63,086 nucleotides of DNA, taken from NCBI GenBank assembly GCA_049968235.1, contig JBMFRC010000016.1, forward strand, positions 1 through 63,086, in the 5' to 3' direction. Positions 59,531 through 63,086 of the stretch are shown in pieces. The stretch's first letter is position 1. Every line of letters starts with the position of its first letter. The stretch comes from Candidatus Hydrogenedens sp. (lineage in GTDB: Bacteria; Hydrogenedentota; Hydrogenedentia; Hydrogenedentales; Hydrogenedentaceae). The position numbers were made by a program, and so were the translations under genes. Under the pieces are notes generated by a model. It ran no database searches and was not told the DNA's origin. It saw only the letters and a program-made list of their open reading frames with translations.

Positions 59531-60526
59531 ATGTCCGACAAAATACCTCTCTGTTTAAGTAATGGTAAACTCAACCCCGAATCGATTCGATGGGACTCGT
59601 ATCCTTTTGTCCATGCAGAGTTATATAAACATTGGGGACGAAAAAAGCAATGGATGTATTGGGCTATAGTATCTCCTAAAGGAGTTTTTGCTACCGTAAT
59701 TGCAAATGTTGATTACATGAAAATAGGTTCTGTATATTTTGCAAAGTTTAATACATCTCAAGTGATGGAAAGAACAAAAATTCAGTTTTCTAAAAGAAAC
59801 TTTTACCTCCCCCCATCCCCTTATGAAGATGCACAATTTACAAACCCTTCCATGAAATTAACATATAAAACATTACCTGATACAACTATTTTAACAGTTC
59901 AAACAACAATTCAAAGAAATCACTTCTCTGCTGAAATAGAAATAGCCCGGGATATATCCTTTCCAACTTTAAATGTTGTTATTCCATGGTCATCTACACG
60001 ATTTCAATTTACATCCAAACAACTTCCTTTTCCGGCAAAAGGAAAAATTTTATGGGGTAATGAAGCATTTAATTTTGACGAAAAAGAAACTTTTGCATGT
60101 CTCGACTATGGTTCGGGTAAATGGAAATATAAAACAGATTGGAACTGGTCTGCGGGATATGGATATGACACAAATGGCAGAAAGGTAGCATTAAATTTAG
60201 GCGGACTCTGGACAGATGGAACCGGACAAAATGAAAATGGCTTGTGGCTTGAAAATCACTTCTATAAAATTTATGAAGAAGTAAAATTTACATGGAATCA
60301 CAGCAATCCCTTTGATACATGGAGTATTAAGACCGAAACATCCGATAATATAAACTTAACATTCAAGCCATTCCATATCCGTCCTGATGCAACAAACCTG
60401 ATTGTTTTGAAATCGAAAGTAGTCCAGTGCTTTGGTAATTTTTATGGAACTATGAGAGTAGATGATGAAAATATTATTATCGATTCTCTAATAGGTTGGG
60501 CAGAAGAGCATCACGCTCTATGGTAA
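59531..60526 (+). CDS. Hypothetical protein (331 aa), W/Y/G-rich
   Basis: Intact ORF. No motif I can assign with confidence. Confidence 0.45.
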   Translation: MSDKIPLCLSNGKLNPESIRWDSYPFVHAELYKHWGRKKQWMYWAIVSPKGVFATVIANVDYMKIGSVYFAKFNTSQVMERTKIQFSKRNFYLPPSPYEDAQFTNPSMKLTYKTLPDTTILTVQTTIQRNHFSAEIEIARDISFPTLNVVIPWSSTRFQFTSKQLPFPAKGKILWGNEAFNFDEKETFACLDYGSGKWKYKTDWNWSAGYGYDTNGRKVALNLGGLWTDGTGQNENGLWLENHFYKIYEEVKFTWNHSNPFDTWSIKTETSDNINLTFKPFHIRPDATNLIVLKSKVVQCFGNFYGTMRVDDENIIIDSLIGWAEEHHALW

Positions 60527-60712
60527 AAATTTGTCAAACCCGATACCACATAAATTTCAATTTATCACTATAAACATTTTATTTTGATTTTTATTTCGAA
60601 AATATATAAAATAAAAGAATAAAGAAAGGCTTACATGGGTTTATAATACCAATTATAGATAACTATAATATCTCATCTTACATATTATTTTGTTAAAACA
60701 AAGGATAAAAAA

Positions 60713-61984
60713 ATGCGTTGGGAAAAGAAAAAAATAGATGGAAGTAAATCTAAAATTATGAGATTTACAAAAACAGAAGCCTCTACTATCCGTTCTCCAG
60801 AACAATCTTCCGGAGCGAAAACTACCGACAACACTTTAAAAATACAGTCTCTTAAAGAATTACTCCAGCAAATAGGACATATTCCCAAAGAAAAACTCAA
60901 TGAAGCCTTACTTGAATCACAAAAAACAGGAAAATTTGTTGGAGAAATACTTGAAGAAAAAGGACTTATAAGTAATGATACCATCCTTTCATTACTTATT
61001 AAGCAATGTAAAACCCCTCTGGTTAGTCTCCTGAGTTATTCAATAGATAGAGAAATTCTAAAAATAATACCTCATGAAATATGCGATAAATATAAGATTC
61101 TTCCGATTGACAAACTAGGAAATACTATTACTCTCGCAATGGTTAACCCTATGGATATTGATGCAATTGAGGTAGCAAAACAATATTGTGGTAATCATCA
61201 AATCAGACCTATATTATGCTCTTACAAAGAATTTGAACGTGTGAAAACAAGATATACACCCTCTCAAAAACAGGAAGATAAAACTATCAATCAACAACCC
61301 CCTCCTGAAAAACCTATAACATCAACACCACTTCCAATTCTAGAAGAAGTAAAAGATGAAACCATCCCTGAAGCCATAATCATAGATACGGATTCTCTTG
61401 ACCCGGAAACGGAGGAGCAGATACAAAAAGAAAATGCTCTTCTTCATACTGTATTTACGGAACCTATCTCTGAAAATACAACCTTAAAATTTTTAGAAAG
61501 TCATAAAGACGACTTATCTATTCACGACCTTGCCACATCCATGATAAGTAGTCTTCAAGGTTCTTACGAGTTACTTATCCGGAAAATAAAACTTTTTCAT
61601 GGATTGACTACGGAAGAGATTGCAAATATTTTTGCTTATTGCAAACAGATTCAATTAGATGCGGGAGAAATTTTATTTAATAAAGGGGATATTGGAAAGA
61701 GTTTATATGTTCTAATAAGTGGTGAAATAGAAATTTTTGATGAAGAAAAACATATATGCTTTCTATCACCAGGCGAAATGTTGGGTGAGATGTCAGTCAT
61801 AACTAAAAACAAAAGAAGTGCAAGTGCCCGTGCTGTTGAAGAATCAGTCCTTCTGGATTTAGATTTAAACATTATATACCGCTTTATTCCATCTATCGTT
61901 GCTATCAAACTACTTACAAATATTATCTTTACTCTTAGCGAACGGCTAACTTCAATTACTTCAAAAATTCAACAACCATCCTAA
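60713..61984 (+). CDS. Signalling protein: N-terminal T2SSE_N / MshEN-like domain and a C-terminal cyclic-nucleotide-binding (CAP_ED) domain, with no ATPase domain
   Basis: VGEILEEKGLISNDTILSLLIKQ fits the MshEN motif (R)LGxxL(V/I)xxG(I/F)(L/V)x4Lx3LxxQ. A second T2SSE_N half (ILPIDKLGNTITLAMVNP) follows. The C-terminus (LFHGLTTEEIANIFAYCKQIQLDAGEILFNKGDIGKSLYVLISGEIEI...LSPGEMLGEMSVI...RSASARA) is a cNMP-binding fold with a G-E-x-x-G...R-S/T-A phosphate-binding cassette. Confidence 0.7.
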   Translation: MRWEKKKIDGSKSKIMRFTKTEASTIRSPEQSSGAKTTDNTLKIQSLKELLQQIGHIPKEKLNEALLESQKTGKFVGEILEEKGLISNDTILSLLIKQCKTPLVSLLSYSIDREILKIIPHEICDKYKILPIDKLGNTITLAMVNPMDIDAIEVAKQYCGNHQIRPILCSYKEFERVKTRYTPSQKQEDKTINQQPPPEKPITSTPLPILEEVKDETIPEAIIIDTDSLDPETEEQIQKENALLHTVFTEPISENTTLKFLESHKDDLSIHDLATSMISSLQGSYELLIRKIKLFHGLTTEEIANIFAYCKQIQLDAGEILFNKGDIGKSLYVLISGEIEIFDEEKHICFLSPGEMLGEMSVITKNKRSASARAVEESVLLDLDLNIIYRFIPSIVAIKLLTNIIFTLSERLTSITSKIQQPS

Positions 61985-62098
61985 AAAGTAAGATTCCTTT
62001 AATTCTTTGTATGTGATAGAATATGGTTTTTATTTCTTAATTGCATTTATACAAAATAATTACCAAATAATAAAAATTGTTAATTAAAGAAATAAATT

Positions 62099-62674
62099 AT
62101 GGATAAAAAAAAAGATAGTGAAAAAATTCTTTTAACTACATGGTACCTCGAAATATTCAGTATCCCTGATTTTCCCCCCAAAACTATATCTATTAAAGAT
62201 TTTCACATTGAAAGAATTGAAAAGCCACCTCTGCATTTTTACCGATACTTATACGATACCATCGGTTCTCCATGGACATGGTGGGAACGAAAATTACAAT
62301 CCGACGAACAACTCCTGCAAGAAATACACAAGCCAGAAGTGGAACTCTATGTCCCATATATCCAATTTTTACCTATAGGTATGGTTGAATTAGATTTTCG
62401 TGAATTTCCTCAGGTTCAACTCGCTTATTTTGGAATTTTTCCAGAATACTACAACAAGAAAATTGGGGGATATCTGTTAGATTGGAGTATTCGTTTTGTA
62501 TTTTCAAGAGGAGCAAAAAGATATTGGTTACATACATGTTCCCTAGATAGTCCCAATGCACTACCTGCATATCAAAAAGCAGGATTTCAACTATACAAAA
62601 CAGTTAATGAATATACAGAGCACCCTGAAATACAAATACAAAAAATATATAAGAACAAAAATTTTATAGTTTGA
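62099..62674 (+). CDS. GNAT-family N-acetyltransferase
   Basis: The C-terminal QLAYFGIFPEYYNKKIGGYLL...RYWLHTCSLDSPNALPAYQKAGF resembles GNAT motifs A and B. Confidence 0.55.
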   Translation: MDKKKDSEKILLTTWYLEIFSIPDFPPKTISIKDFHIERIEKPPLHFYRYLYDTIGSPWTWWERKLQSDEQLLQEIHKPEVELYVPYIQFLPIGMVELDFREFPQVQLAYFGIFPEYYNKKIGGYLLDWSIRFVFSRGAKRYWLHTCSLDSPNALPAYQKAGFQLYKTVNEYTEHPEIQIQKIYKNKNFIV

Positions 62675-63086
62675 GATTTTATATCAAATACAGTTTCCTA
62701 AATGTAAAGATATATTTTAAAAACACATACATTTCTGTTATCCTAAAAAAATTTAATTCCTGTAAATATATGTAACATTATCCTGCGAATGCATATAAAT
62801 AATTGGGTAGGAGCAAATAATTATTTACCTTGATGTACATCATTTTATATGTGTCTATCTCATGTGAAATTGAAAGGTACATGCAAAAGAATGGAGCCAT
62901 TTTTACCCCTTACTTTAACATGCATATTCACACATACTCAATGCAATAATCGCAATTGCACAAATAGGCGAAAGCACTTTCTGAAACATAATTTATCCCC
63001 ATCAAACGAGTCCGAACTATCCGACAATTCCGACTTTACACCGCCTGTTTTGCTGTTCAGTTACTATCCCTTAAAAAACGCCCCCC

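Noticed and set aside
62675-63086. ORF-free 410 bp at the window end, ending in AAAAAACGCCCCCC
   Set aside because: It might be the first half of a GC-clamp terminator hairpin, or the start of an RNA gene, but it is truncated by the window edge. No tRNA cloverleaf or rRNA 5' sequence is recognisable. Too little information to call.

Overview
This 63-kb window looks like one chromosomal segment of a low-GC (AT-rich by eye) bacterium. It is densely packed with housekeeping genes, and I see no transposase, integrase, phage, CRISPR, rRNA or tRNA signatures. The core genes I can support are smc, ymdB-like, rny, rimO, xseA, xseB, ispA, hldE, a CIRCE-controlled stand-alone groEL, guaA, guaB and purN. 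Six regions stand out. The first (11.6-16.1 kb) is a CsoR/CstR-family repressor sitting in front of a single 814-aa fusion of CoA-disulfide reductase, rhodanese, TusA and DsrE-like domains, followed by a Cys-rich hypothetical and a DUF72 gene. I read this as a persulfide / reactive-sulfur sensing and detoxification operon. The second (26.5-41.2 kb) is a roughly 10-kb Arn-like glycan-modification operon: a DegT aminotransferase, an ATP-grasp/HAD fusion, a methyltransferase, a GT2 polyprenyl-phosphate sugar synthase, SGNH hydrolases and three large polytopic GT-C-like membrane proteins. The third is a pair of secreted proteins with EGEG linkers that share a conserved C-terminal CGC-motif-plus-helix-plus-basic-tail module, which looks like an undescribed sorting signal. 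A PEP-CTERM-like tail on a third protein and a TIGR04073-like gene sit in the same window. The fourth is an orphan ATP-cone protein of 725 aa. The fifth is a protein combining an MshEN-type (T2SSE_N) domain with a cNMP-binding domain and no ATPase. The sixth is a tandemly duplicated pair of Tat-exported Gfo/Idh/MocA oxidoreductases. There is also a roughly 900-bp ORF-free, strongly pyrimidine-skewed spacer. Gene calls rest on motif recognition in the supplied translations. All regulatory-site calls are from reading the sequence and are tentative unless stated.
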